Assembly (NCBI RefSeq): GCF_009914755.1
Contig: NC_060947.1
Reading direction: 5' to 3' (one strand)
Length of the DNA stretch: 64,000 bases
DNA from: the human T2T-CHM13v2.0 reference genome, Homo sapiens
The position numbers and the translations under genes were made by a program. Below the pieces are notes generated by a model. That model was not told the DNA's origin. It worked only from the letters and a program-made list of their open reading frames with translations, and ran no database searches. Numbering within the stretch: position 1 is the first letter of the stretch; each line of letters starts with the position of its first letter. Below are positions 28,272 to 43,043 of this stretch, in pieces.

Positions 28272-28927
28272 TGTAAACCAAAAATAAAATTCTAAGCCCC
28301 CAACCTATTGACTGGACCCCTCCTGCCAAGGGGACTCCAAAGTAAATCTGAAAAACTAGTTCAGACCAAGATGCCTCATGATACCCTCCTCCCAATTTGG
28401 AAATAAGGCACAACTGACCAGCATTCACATTAAAACTGAGATCTCAGAACGGACCAAACAGAATATTTGTAGGTCCCATAATACTTTGAGATGTTTACCA
28501 TCTAATCTCTCTGAAGCCTGCTACCTGGAAGCTTCATCTATATAAGAAGAACCTTGGCTTCCACAACCCCCCTTATCTTAACTACTATCATTTCTTTTTG
28601 CTGATTTCAACCCTTCAAGGCAGAGCTTAACCGTTTCAACCAACTGCCAATCAGGAAATCTTTAAATGCACCTATGGTCTGGACTCTGCCCCACCAACTT
28701 CAAGATGTCCCACCTTTCTGGACTGAACCAATCTTACATGTATTGATTGATGTCTGCCTATAACTTCTGTCTACCTAAAATGTTTAAAATCAAGCTATTA
28801 CCCAATCACCTTAGACATATGTTCTCAGGACCTCTTGAGACTGTGCCTTGGGCCGTGGTCACTCATATTTGGCTCCGAATAAACTTCTTTAAATATTTTT
28901 ACAGAGTTTGACTCTTTTCAGCGATAC
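28272..28927 (+). mobile_element. MER4-group ERV1 solo LTR
   Basis: Starts 'tgtaaaccaaaaataaaattctaagcccc', with 'ggtcactcatatttggctccgaataaac' near the 3' end. Confidence 0.8.
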
Positions 28928-29184
28928 ACCACACTGGGACCAACATCCATGCCTGTGGGACCGAGTCTCCAGTCATTGAACCTGGCTCAGCCTCTTTCTG
29001 GTTCTGATTTCCATCTCGCTTTCTCATGTACCGCACACACACACCCCTCTTTCCCTGTTAAGTGATGTTTCATTGGCCTGGATCATGTCTCAATTTGGGC
29101 CTCTCCTAATTCCAGGTCTTCTAGGAATTAAAGCCCAACTGGAAAACTGATGTTCAAAATGAGGGTTTCATTTTCAATTTCATT

Positions 29185-29545
29185 TATAGATTTAATGCAA
29201 TCAGGTCAAAATCCTGGCAAGCCTTATTGTAGATACTGACAAGCTGATTCTAAAGTTCTTATCGGAAAGGAAAAGAATCTAGGATAGCCAAGGTTATTCT
29301 GAAAAAGAACAAAGAGGACTCAGACTACTGGATTTCAAGACAACTATAAAGCTATGCAGATCAAGGCAGTGTGGTAGTGATAAATGGACGTACATGGATT
29401 AGTAGAACAGAATAGAACGCCCTGAAATAGACCCACAGAAATGTAGTCAACTGGCTTTTGACAAAGGTGTTTAGATACAACACCAAAAGTACAATCCACA
29501 AATGAAAACAATTGGCAATGTGGACCTTATTAAAATGATAGCTTG
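29185..29545 (+). mobile_element. L1M ORF2 fragment
   Basis: 'agatttaatgcaatc...gacaagctgattctaaag...tagaacagaatagaacgccctgaaatagacccac'. Confidence 0.8.
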
Positions 29546-30290
29546 AGAAGGCATGTAATACTTGGACGAAAAGTTTTAAAGACATATTTCATTTAGCTAA
29601 GGAATTTACATGCAATACCTCATTCCTGTCCTCCAAGAGGAGTACCTGACTAAGCAGCATGCCACCGACCCTCCAGGCTCAGCTCTGATGCTCTCTTCTG
29701 TAACCCCTGCCTCCAGCCACCCACCTACAGCAATCTAAGCTGCTCTGTACTGGGAAGCCACAGCTCACCTCAGTGTGCTATGCTAGCAATTTTAGCACGA
29801 CCTCCCTGCCTGCGGGCTCCGGGAAGGCTGACACCACGCGCCTGACATTTCCTGGTGTCCCCATCCCCTCACTTGTTGACTGGTGTATAGTAGAAGCGCA
29901 ATAAATATATTTTTAAAAATACTGACAAACATCAGATGATACTTCTTGGGCTCCTACTTGGAAGCTAGCACTCCCTAGAGCAGTTGCCCAAGTAAGAAGG
30001 AATTCCTCCACCCCCAGCGAATCTTCCTTTGTTGTGGCTACATCTCCATTTCTCCCTGTGATCTATCTGTGAATGTTCAAAAGGCTCCTCTCTCTCCTCT
30101 CCCCGGACATTACCCTTTATAATAGATTCACATGATTCCTCCCGGCCCCAAACTCTCAATTCTAAATTTTAGGCCATGATTTCTTTTCTAAGCTCTAATG
30201 GCTCATTTACCACACAGACACACAAATGTGTGTGTGTGTGTATGTAGGTATATACACATTTACATATATGCACATATACACACATATGAA

Positions 30291-30682
30291 GGGAAGCACA
30301 AAGGAGGTGTCGGATAGGGACAGAGAAGATGAATTCAGCTTAGAATATTTTGAATTTAGGAGGATGTAAAATATTTAAGTGAAAGTATGTGATTGCATAT
30401 ATGCATGCATGGGTGTATGTGCATGTCTCATATATACATGCATAAGGCATACCTGCATACTTTAGACGTTCATATATGAATAAACATATGTACATGCATG
30501 AACGCACATGTGCCCACACATACACATTTATATATACATAACATATACATATGTATCCATGCACATATACACATTTATACGTACACATACTTTCACTTAA
30601 ATATTTCACATCCTCCTAAACTCAGTATGATAAGTTGAGTTCATCTTCCCACTCCCCAGCAGATGCCTCCGTCATCCTTCCC
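30291..30682. repeat. Inverted repeat (~100-bp arms) around a TA/TG/CA low-complexity spacer, within an L2 remnant
   Basis: 30291-30391 aligns to the reverse complement of 30584-30682. Confidence 0.9.
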
Positions 30683-32008
30683 AAGGCTGTCCTTCCCATC
30701 AAAGGCATCACTACCCTTCCAACATCTTCATTTCAAGACTTCAGAACCTCAGCTCTGCCATTTGCCAGCTAGGTCGCTATGGGAAGTTATCTCACTTCCA
30801 TCCCTCTGGATGTCTGTATGATGGTTGTCATAATATATTTTCACATCACCTTAGAGTCTGGAGCAGTCATCCAAGATCTACAGAATGCCTTTACATATCG
30901 TAGGCATGTTCTCTCTAAAATACATGAGTTAGCTAGGGTTTCCCCACATTTGATTAGTCACCAAATATACATGTGTGGGGGCGGTGGTGGGAGGTGTTTG
31001 TCAGTAGTTTAAATCCACCCTCGCCCCTTTCTTCAGCCTCTCCTCCTGGCCTCAGACTTGGGTGGAGGTAATGGCAATCTACCTGGTTTTCTACTTCTAT
31101 GTTCTCCCACTTCAAATCACAGGCCAAGGCTTATCTGTCCAGAACTAACACTTTCATGGAGTTGTTCAACCAATCTACAATGGAACCCCTGCTTAATAGA
31201 TGGGCTGGCTATCACCGACCTTCATGGATTGCTGGACTCTCTGCCATGCTCACCCACCATGTTTCTCTTGGCTACCCCATGTACCTTCTCACCTCTGCTT
31301 CTTGGACCAGTTTCCTTCTCACTCTTCCTCCCTTTCGATTTGTTCTAATTCTATTCTATTCATCTTCAAGGTGCAACTCAAGGGCTACAGCTTGTGGGAA
31401 ACCTCAATGAATCGATTCTCACCATGTCATAGGTCTATGTCCCCCCAATTTACTACAATATGACATTCTTTTTCTCCAAAATATTCATGTGTTTAAGTTT
31501 TACATTCCAAAACGACTTTGATCTCTCATGGAACAAGGGCCACATATGTTACTCCTCTGGTACCACGCCACAGCACCTATTCTAGGTTTAGAAAATTGTC
31601 ATTGCATTCAGTGAGAACTGATTTCTCAAATAATAATTACTAGAATATCTGCAATGGCTATGACCTTTGGCTTTTAAAATAAAAGTGTAATTTTCCTATC
31701 ATAAATAAAAATGGATCACAGAGTACCATCTCTTTTAAGAAACTGTTAAGTAAACATCACTTCATTGCCAGGGAGAGAAAATTTGGCGAAATATATCATA
31801 AAGTGCAAATTTAGACACCTAACACATTACGTTGGTAGGAGCTCAGTGCATAGAAACACTAAGTAGTTCTCAATTTCCCCCTGTGGTTTATGAAGCCCAG
31901 GGGCCCCTAATGACCTCCACATTGAACAGGAGGCACATCCCTCTGCCAGCAGTAATTATTTTATTGACCTGATCAAAGAACAACCATTTCCATTGTCAAA
32001 AAGATCTG

Positions 32009-32135
32009 TGGCCAGACCTGGTGGCTCATGCCTATAACTTAGTGCTCTGGGAGGCTGAGATGGGAGGATTGCTTGAGGCCAGGAGTTCAGGAGCAGCCTG
32101 GGCAACATAGTGAGGCCCCCATGTCTACAAAAAAT
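32009..32135 (+). mobile_element. FLAM/AluJ left monomer
   Basis: Single left-arm monomer with an A-rich end. Confidence 0.85.
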
Positions 32136-32329
32136 TTTTTAAAAGAAAAAAAATTTTTTAAAAGCTACCCAAACACATCAGCCTTAAGCACACAATGGCA
32201 GTAATTAAAGATGCATATTTCCCAGATTAAAATATGAGTCAATGGACACAGCATAAAATAATGTATTAATATTTACTCAACATATTTCTTTCACTGATTA
32301 CGATGAAGCCAAAACTCATTTTTTTAACA

Positions 32330-33700
32330 AACACCTTTATTATCATTGACATACCATACAATTCACCATTTTAAGTGTACAATTTTTAATATATTCCCCC
32401 CTTTCCACTTGTTCAAAATATATGATCGCAACTGTTAACACGATCTAATTTTGAACACTTCAGTCCCTACTAAAAGATCCCATTAGCAGTCAATCTGTAT
32501 TCCTCCCTACCCTACCCTCACCCCTCAACTCTGGTTCAAAGCAACCATTAGGAGCTTTCTCCATAAACTTTCTACTTTCTCCATAAACTTGCCTTTTCTG
32601 GACACATGGATATGTAGTCCTTTGTGACTGGAGTCTTTTACTTAATGTTTTCAAGGGTCATTGATGCTGTAGCATGTGTTAGTATTTCCTTTCTTTTTAT
32701 TGCTGAATCATACTGCATTGCAGGATATACCACATTTTGTTGATCCACTCATCAGTTGATGGACATTTGAGTTGTTTCCACCTGTTGGCTATTATGAACA
32801 CTACTACTATGAACACTCATGTACAAGCTTTTGTGTGAACACAAGTTTTCATTTCTTTTGGGTATATACCTGAAAGTAGAATTGTTGGGTCATATGGTAA
32901 TCCTATATTTAACCATTAGAGAAACTGCCATTATGTTTTCCAAAGCAGCTGTACCATTTTACGTTCCCACTAGTAGCATGTGAGGGTTTCAGTTTCTCCA
33001 CATCCTCACCAACATGTATTTACTGTCTTTTGATTTCAGCCATGATAGTGGGTGTGAAGTGATATCTCATTGTGGTTTCAATTTGCATTTCCCAACTAAT
33101 GATGTTGAACATCTTTCATAAGCTTATTGGATATTTGTAAATTTTTTAGAGAAATGCCTATCACATCCTTTATTTTTATTTTGGGTTGTCTTATTATTAA
33201 TTTTAATATATTCTGGATGCAAGTCTCTTAGATATATGATTTTAAATATTTTCTCCCATTCTGTGAGTTCTCTTTTTACTTTCTTGATGGTGTCCTTTGC
33301 AGCTCAATAGTTTTTAATTCTGATAAAGTCCAATGTATCTATTCTTTTCCTTTGTTGCTATTGTTGCATCTAAGAAACCACTGTCTAAACCAAGGTCATG
33401 AAGATTTACTCCTGTGTTTTCTTCTAACAGTTTTATAATTTTAGTTTTTACATCTAGGTCTATGATCCATCGTGAGTTAATTTTTGTGTATATGAGGTAG
33501 GGGTGCAACTTCATTCTTTTACATGTGGATATCCAATTGTCCCAGCACCATTTATTGAAAAGAGTATTCTTTCCCCACTGAATTGTCTTAGTATCCTTGA
33601 TGAAAATCAATTGACTATAAACATAAGGGTTATTTCTGGACTCTCAATGATATCCTATTGATCTATATGTCCATTCTTAGGCCAGTACCACACGGTAGCT
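32330..33700 (-). mobile_element. L1M (MB/MC-type) 3' ORF2 and 3' UTR fragment
   Basis: ORF 33314..33610(-) 'QWGKNTLFNKWCWDNWISTCKRMKLHPYL' is the L1 ORF2 C-terminal region. Confidence 0.9.
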
Positions 33701-34260
33701 TTGTAGTTTTGGCTATTTTGGCATTGCCAAATTCCATTTTGAAAGAACTCTAGTTTAGCACAAATGTTGATTATGTTATTAATAAAAGTGACTGGAAACA
33801 CCTATTTTCATATCTGACTGATGCTTGTTAGATGGCAAAAACTTTTAGTGCCTTCATCTTCTGACAGTTAAAATTTGCTTTAATCAATCACACACACATC
33901 CTGTAACAGCCAAATGTCCCATTTAACAATGTCATCCATTTAGTACATTCAGAATTATTTGAACAAATAGCATCAAAATTATTATTCCACTGGATACAAT
34001 AAGGTAATTGCCAAGCCCTGGACACAAAGACTTGGAGCCCAAGTATGTGGAGAATATCATTCTCCAGATCAATGCTGGGATCTGGAAGGATCTTCAAACT
34101 TCAGTAAGACAAAATATTTCATGGTATGGACCACAGCATTTTCTGGTTGTCTATAGCTACAAGTGGTTCCCCCTCAAAGTCAGCCAACATCTTTCCTAGT
34201 GTCTGAGCTATCTATGGCTTAGAGTTCTTGAACCACTGACTATGCTCTAAACAAAAATAA

Positions 34261-34738
<478 letters not shown>

Positions 34739-34988
34739 TGAAAGGCTTCCAGGTTTTTCAGTATTTACTTGGGATAAATTTGCCAATTTCCATCTCACGT
34801 AATTTTTGTTCATTTGAATGAAATGGCCTTCCATATAACCTATTCCAACAACCTCTTCCAAAAACAAAATGCTTCTAATATACAGAGATGATAGATTTTA
34901 TTTTTCTATGCAAGAATGAGTTGAGAGTGAAAATTCTCCTTCTTCTAATATTTTTGTATATATATTTAACTTAAAAAGTTATTTAGAT

Positions 34989-35174
34989 TTCAGCTTACAA
35001 CTAGTTATATATTTATAAATCAATTTTCAGTGGTTTGTTTCAATCTTTAGCATTCTACCACTTCTATGGGATGCTTTAGTCTTCAGCTTACAACTAGTTA
35101 TATATTTATAAATCAATTTTCAGTGGTTTGTTTCAATCTTTAGCGTTCCACCACTTCTATGGGATGCTTTAGTC
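34989..35174. repeat. 93-bp tandem duplication (2 copies)
   Basis: 34989-35081 and 35082-35174 differ at only two positions (cattcta vs cgttcca). Confidence 0.95.
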
Positions 35175-35777
35175 TCAAGACCAAGGACAGCCAGCAACGT
35201 TGCAAGAAAGCTTTTCAATAGTACACGCTGAACTTTCAGCTACATGTTCTGAAAGAGGTAAACACCCACACAGAACATGGTCAACCTCCAAATTAATTAT
35301 CCTCACCATGTGTTTCCTCTGAATCACCACTCCCACGTAGGAGGTTGTGTCCTACTGAGGATTCTTGCCAGGCCATGAAGGGACACTGTGTCCAAACTGA
35401 TGGGTTCTTTATCACAGGTAGAACAAGTAAGGACAGAAAAGAATGCCAAAACCCCGTTCTCCATCCTGCATTCCTTTCTCTCTTTCTCATTTTCCACCTT
35501 TCCCTTCCTCTCCCATTTGGCTGTCTCCCAGTGACAGCTAAACCTCTGAGTTTCCCACCTGAGTGCTGTCCCTTTTCCCTACTTCCATTTCCTCTACGAA
35601 ATTCTGAATTCCCACCCACGCACCCACCTACTCATGCATCCATCCCATCTCCCACTCAACCCCAGCATTTCTAGGCTCAGTTGTCTACTTCTGATCTGTG
35701 TTCCCGGACATCATGCTGGATACTTCCCAGGCCCTCCTTGAACCAAAAACCAGACTTATTTCCAGTCCACTTCTTAG

Positions 35778-36203
<426 letters not shown>

Positions 36204-37387
36204 TTTTTTTTTTTTTTTTTTTTTAAACTTTTTCTTCTTTGCCTAATCATCTTTCCTATTACTGACACATGCTTTAGGCAAACATCATTACTGTCATGGC
36301 TGCCAATTTACACAGGAATCACTTCTTGGCCTCGTCTCATGCACGTATGAGGAGGGTGAGTGCTTTCTATCAACCATACCAGTGAAACTACTACTAATGG
36401 ACTAAGACAAGCAGATAGTTTGATTGTTCAGTCAACAAGTCTATATTTAGCTTTAATTCCCAGCACTTGCCATGTGTCCATGTTAAATATATAAACATGG
36501 TATTATAAATTCAAAATCCAAATGTCATATAGAACTGAGACCTTATAAAATCATTAGAGATGAAGGAAAAAACACCATCTTATATGTGTGCAAACATCCC
36601 TTACACACCAACTGCTGCCCAAGTTCTGAGTGCTGAACAGGAAAATTTGGCAGAAAATCAGTTAAGAGGGAAACATGGCAATTTTTTAAAAAATCCAAAC
36701 AACTTTTAATTATTTAGAGACCAAATTTCAAGATTTACCAATGAGTTTCTCTCCAAAGTCTACTTTAAACAAATACTCTTGTTCTTTATAGATTTCAGTG
36801 TATTATTTCTAAATGCAATGTATTAATACCTCCATCTAAACTCTAACATAACATTAATCCTACTTATATTTTTGCAGTTTGAATACAAGAAATATGATCC
36901 TATTGAGCCTCCTCCTCAGCATCACCCAGGCCTTTACAATATCCATTTCTTTATAGAAAATGGAAGTGCTTGCTAATCTGTTGGCCACTCAGCTATAAGT
37001 GGATTAATGCTGGTCCATTAGAAAATGGCTCCTATACATCATGTCAAATGAGCAATTCCCAATATTGGAATTTATAATAAAGCTAAAAAGGCCCTCCAAA
37101 TGACAGCTTTAACACTAGCCTAATAGCCTAGTCCTTTTTCAAGCAACTTTACAAATACGATTTAAACACTGATTTTTAAAATGCTCTCACTTTCTAGATA
37201 AGATTGGAGGTGTTTAAATTGGTATGGCCATAAACCAATAGGAATAGTATGTGCAAAGATCCTAAGGTTGGAAGAAACTTGAGAACATAAAGAAATTTAA
37301 AGCAGTGTGGCTAGAGCCCAGACAGCAAGAAAGGAAGTATTAAGAGAAAAGTCGAGAAGACCAGAATGTGATGGCTCTCAGCTCAGG

Positions 37388-37821
37388 TATAGTGGATGCT
37401 GTAATATATCACCCAGATTCCCCTCCTTCCGGACTGATATACTGATACCCCCAGCTGCTGGCAAAGTTGACAGATGACAGCTTGTGGCTGAGGACTTCCT
37501 CCTAGTGATTGTACTCTACTGAAGAAAGCCGTCTTGCCCATGGTCATGTCCCTGGCTCAGGGGCATCTGGCACTCAGTGACTGGTCAATATGGGTGCATA
37601 AAGACCCAGATCCTTTGTCCAGCCAACCTTGCAGAGCCTTCCCACCTCTGAAGGTTCCAATAGGATAAGCTGAGACCTTGGTTGGGATGATGCTGCAGCC
37701 CAACTTCTCCCTCTGCTCAGTCCTGCTTCTTTCATGCCCCTACAGGTGTTTACCCTGAAAGCAATCCTCAACAAACCTCTCCATCTCAGAGTGTACTTCC
37801 TAGGGAACCCGACCTGTGACA
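37388..37821 (+). mobile_element. LTR16-like ERVL solo LTR
   Basis: 'agtggatgctgt...cccagattcccct...ccatctcagagtgtacttcctagggaacccgacctgtgaca'. Confidence 0.75.
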
Positions 37822-37964
37822 ACAGGTCAAAGAATTTATTTAGACTTTATTTTACATGTGATGGAAGCCATTAAAGAGATTCAGTCAGGGTGTAAGATAG
37901 CAGATATGCATTTGTAAAAAAACAATAAAAAATTATTCTGCCGGTTGTTTAGAGACTGAAAGAG

Positions 37965-38580
37965 GGAATGAAATACAACTTTACACAAACTAGAATGGCT
38001 ATAAGAAAAAAGACAATAACAAGTGTTAGTGAGGATGTGGAAAACCAGGAACCCTCATACACTGAATATAAAATGATGCAGCTACTTTGGGAAACAATAC
38101 GGAAGTTTCTCAAAAAGTTAAAGAGTTATCATATGATAATTCTGCTCCTAGGTATATACTCAAGAGAAATAAAAACTTCTGTCCACACAAAAACTTGTAC
38201 ATGAATGTTCACAGAATCTAAGCATCCATCAACTGGTACATGGATAAACAAAATATGGTCAATCCACACTGTGGAACATTTTCTGGCAATAAAAACAAAG
38301 TACTAATACATGGTACAATATGGATGAACCTGAAAAATACCATGCTCAGAGAAAAAAGCCAGACACAAAAGAACATATGTAAGCCCATTTACATAAAATG
38401 TCCAAAACAGGCACACAGTAGAGATGAAAACTTGATGCATGGTTCCTCAAGGAACCTGGGACTAGAGATGGGAATAGGAACTAACTGTAAATAAGCTCAT
38501 CGAATTTTACTGAGTGATGGAAATATTCTGGTAAATTTTATAATATGTAAATTATACCCAAATACAATTGTTTAAAAAAA
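37965..38580 (+). mobile_element. L1M 3' fragment
   Basis: 'actagaatggcta...gacaataacaagtgttagtgaggatgtgga...tccacacaaaaacttgtacatgaatgttca'. Confidence 0.85.
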
Positions 38581-39191
38581 TAAATGTGGAAGAAATAGGG
38601 AGTAAGCATAGTAATCCACATCAGAGATGATGGTGACTTGGACCAGGTAGAAACAGAATTTGAGAAAGGTAGGCTGAATTCAAAAGTAGGCTGACGCCAA
38701 GAAGATAGAATCATCAGGGTTTCCACAAGGCATTTTCTTACCACTTTAGCTTTCTGTGAACTCTTACGGCACCAACACCCTGTCCCATCCATTTTGACAT
38801 AATCACACACTGCCTTACATTACATTCACTTGATTCTTTCATACACACAGTCATTGCCATTGCCTGGAGGCCAGATGTGTACATGGGTGTATCATAAATA
38901 CAGACAAATGATTGGTGAAACAATTGAACATAATCAGCTCCAGGCTGGATACCATTGATTACTCTGGATTACACTAACAGTTAGCATAATGTTAAGACAA
39001 TAAAACTAGCAATTACCTTCACATAGGAGTTGCTAAAGTCATCAGCACAAGAAAGTAAAAATCAATTTGTTAGAACATAACTACCATAATTGATGGCAAA
39101 AAGGGAATAGAAACAGAATCAGGGAGTTGGCCAAAAGCAACATTTTTAATATATGTTATTTTGGGGGTGGGGGGGAGAGTAATAAAATATA

Positions 39192-39490
39192 GGCCCGGTG
39201 TGGTGGCTCATCCCTGTAATCTCAGCATTTTGGGAGGCTGAGGGGGCGGGTCACCTGAGGTCAGGAGTTCGATACCAGCCTGGCCAACATGGTGAAACCT
39301 CATCTTTACTAAAAATACAAAAATTAGCCAGGCATGGTGGCACGCACCTGTAGTCCCACCAACTCAGGAGGCTGAGGCAGGAGAATCGCTTGAACCTGCA
39401 AAGGAGAGGCTGCAGTGAGCCGAGATGGCATCACTGCGCTCCAGCCTGGGTGACAGAGCAAGACTCTGTCTCAAAAAATAATAAAATATA
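39192..39490 (+). mobile_element. AluS
   Basis: Full dimer; aataaaatatagg TSD. Confidence 0.95.
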
Positions 39491-39497
39491 GGAACAC

Positions 39498-39919
39498 TAC
39501 TATAGTTTGGATGTTTGTCCCCTCCAAATCTCATTTTGAAATCTGATGCCAATATTGGAGATGGGGCCCAATGAGAGGTGTTTGAGTCACGGAGGTGAAT
39601 CCCTCATGAATACATTAATGTCCTCTCTGAGTGGAAGGGAGTGAGTGGGTTCTTCCTCTGTTAGCTCCTGAGAGAGCTGGTTGTTAAAAAGAGCCTGGCA
39701 CCTCCTTCCCCTCTTTCTCTTGCTTCCTCTCTCACACTCTATGTGATAGCTCCTTTCCCTTCTGCCATGAGTGGAAGCTTCCTGAGGCCTTTACTGGATG
39801 CAGATGCTGGTGCCATGCTTCTTGTACAGTCTCCAGAACTGTGAGTCAAATAAACCTCTTTTCTTATAAATTACCCAGCCTCAGGCGTTCCTTTATAGCA
39901 ATACAAATGGACTAGGACA
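39498..39919 (+). mobile_element. MST (MaLR) solo LTR
   Basis: 'tatagtttggatgtttgtcccctccaaatctca...aataaacctctttt...acaaatggactaggaca'. Confidence 0.85.
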
Positions 39920-40243
39920 AATACTTTGAACAGCATGTTTGTCTCTTGGACAGTCAGTCTGCCAAGTTACTAATTCAAGCCTTAAATCCATGTAGCACAG
40001 TAGACAGAACAGGTTCCAGGGGATGGGAGTCTGGACCTTGGTTGAACCATACATGTGAGTATGGGCAATATACTTAAGCTCTTTAATATCCAGCTTCTTT
40101 GAAAAAATGAGAATACTAAATATCTTTCACAAAGTCAATGGAAGACGTCAATGAAACTACATGTAGTCTTTAGGACATGCAATGAATAAAAGCATTGTTT
40201 TTATTGGTATCGTTATTTAAAATATTTGTAATGATTCATTTTA

Positions 40244-40606
<363 letters not shown>

Positions 40607-40659
40607 TTAATCTGAATGGGGTTCTACCTCGTAACTAATTCCCATTCCAAGTCACTGAA

Positions 40660-40900
40660 GTATGGAACAGAATATAGATTCTGAGCCAGAGCTGGGTTCT
40701 AATTTCACCTCTGCCACTTACCAGCAACATCACCTCTTCAGTAACTTAAACTCTAAGCCTTGGTTTCCTTACCTGTAGAGTGAAAATGATCATATCAATC
40801 CCTGAAGGTTGAGGGGAAGATTAAATAGATGTAATACACATAAAACACCTTACACGCTGCCTGACACACAGTAGGCCCTCAGTGAACAGTAGCTATCATC
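40660..40900. mobile_element. MIR SINE (one of several; others at about 15.5, 18.7, 20.8, 24.9, 40.0, 45.3, 49.1, 54.6 and 62.8 kb)
   Basis: MIR core 'ctgggttctaat...ctctgccacttaccagc...cttaaactctaagccttggtttccttacctgta'. Confidence 0.75.
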
Positions 40901-41498
40901 ATTACTCATATAAAATCATGATTATTCAAATGCCTTGCTTACGGTCCTATATCACAGAACCATATGATAATGGTTTATGATAATCACCAGACATCTCAAA
41001 GAATAATCCATTTTGTTCTGGAAGGATGGGTAAAGTCACCTCAGGCATGCAATGAAAAAAAAAAAAAACCAGCTGAAATCGAGGGACAATGATCCCATCT
41101 TGCACAGTGCAGACCTCAGTTTCTCCTGGAGAGGTCCAGTTTCCATGATTCTGATGATATAAATCTTCAAAGACAACATTTAGCTAGGGTATCATTGCCA
41201 GGAAGGTAGATTGTCTCAGAGGCACCACACTTTAGAGAAGAGATCATTCATTGCTTCTTAAAATTTCTCTTGGCAGGTTTTAGAAATAGACTAATGTGTC
41301 TTTGTAGAGTAAAATCCCCCTCCCCTGACCCCCCAGCAATCACGTAACATGAGTTTGCTCAGAGTTTATAAAAAATGGCATCTTTCAAATGACTACCATT
41401 GGCCTTACCTACTACAGATGAATCAAATTCCAATCCATCCTGATATCCTTAGGCAGGGCATCAACACTGATATAAGCCATAACTAAACACTACAGGTG

Positions 41499-41700
41499 CA
41501 GGGTCATCAAACTTTTTTGTAAACGGCCAGAATAGTCAATATTTTAGGTTTTGTGGGCCATCTGGTCTCTTTTGCAATGACTCAACTCTGCCACCGTAGC
41601 AAAAAAGCAGCCAAGGAGCATATGTAAAACAATGGACATGACTGTGTTCCAAGATTTTTTTATTTACAAAAACAGGTGGCTGACTCATGGGCCATACCTG
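41499..41700 (+). mobile_element. MER58A-like DNA transposon
   Basis: 'caaacttttttgtaaacggccagaatagtcaatattttaggttttgtgggccat'. Confidence 0.75.
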
Positions 41701-42192
41701 ATGTAAACAAAGAGAAAATTAAGTATGTAAAATTTTTATTTCACTTATAATACCTTGATTTTGATTCACCTCAAGTAGACTGCCTCCTCTCAGCTCTTTT
41801 CATTTTCAATTAAAAAAAACTTAATAGGTAATTGACACAAAAATGAAAGCAATATAAGGAAGTATACACAGAGTTCTCATTTCTGCCTTCATTCACTGTC
41901 TAACTTGCCCCCTACAGGTCACCACTTTTAATAGTTATTCAGAGCATCACATACCCTTCGCCCAGAAAAGGAGCACACAGTACTAGACTTAACTGTTCTG
42001 TACCCTGCTTTTGATTTAATTCACATGAGAAAACTTTCTATTAATCACATACAACTTCTTCGTTCTATTCTAGCTGCAGTCATTCCTAGTGTGAATGTAC
42101 CCTCAGAGACTCAGCAGCCCCATACAGGACAATACTAGTTTCTGGTCTTTTGCTATTACAAATAAAGGCTGGGGGAAGAGTACAACAAAAAC

Positions 42193-42367
42193 TTTTTTTT
42201 TTTTTTTTTTTTAAAGACTGGGTTTCACTCTGTCACCCAGGTTGGAGTGCAGTGGCATAACCATGGCTCACTGCAGCCTTGACCTTCAAACTCCTGGGCT
42301 CAAGTGATCCTCCCGCCTCAGCCTCCCAAGTAGCTAAGACTACAGGTGCACGCCACCATGCCCAGCC
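42193..42367 (-). mobile_element. Alu monomer (FRAM-like) inside an old L1M fragment
   Basis: Poly-T plus a single monomer; aaaaac TSD-like flanks. Confidence 0.85.
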
Positions 42368-42606
42368 AAAAACCTTTTATGTGTATCATTTTGTACAGGT
42401 ATTGTTACAGCTACAGGATAAATTTCCAGAAGTGGGAATCCTGGATCAAAGGGTCAATGAATGTATGATCTGCTAGAAACTGACAACATGTCCTCGACAA
42501 GGGTTGTTCCATGTTCGTACTCCCACCAGAAGCACCCAGGAGTATCTTCTCACCTTATTTTCATCAGGAAAAAAGCTGAAAACTACTTTAAATATTCACT
42601 TAGGTA

Positions 42607-43012
42607 CCTGCGTCCCAAAGACCACCCCATGTTCTGAGATTCGACAGAAGGATCCATGGGACTTAGTATATAGTTGTACTTAGAGCCAATATTTATTACA
42701 GCAACTTAACAAGGATACACGGATCATAAAGGAAAAAGACACAAGCTGGGCACAGTGGCTCATGCCTGTAATCCCAACACTTTGGAAGGCTGAGGTGGGT
42801 GAATCACTTGAGGTCAGGAGTTCGGGACCAGCCTGGCCAACATGGTGAAACCCCATCTCTACTAAAAATACAAAAATTAGCCAGACGTAGTGGTGCATGC
42901 CTGTAATCCCAGCTACTCGGGAGGTTGAGGCATGAGAATCACTTGAACCTGGGAGGCAGAGGTTGCAGTGAGCTGAGGTTACTCCCTGGGCGACAGGGTG
43001 AGACACCACCTC

Positions 43013-43043
<31 letters not shown>

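Noticed and set aside
32555-32590. Short direct repeat ctttctccataaactt x2 (also aaaattttttaaaag x2 at 32131-32164)
   Set aside because: Small slippage duplications within or next to repeats; common and uninformative.
33314-33610. 98-aa ORF with L1 ORF2 similarity
   Set aside because: Fragment of a truncated, mutated L1M; not a functional gene.
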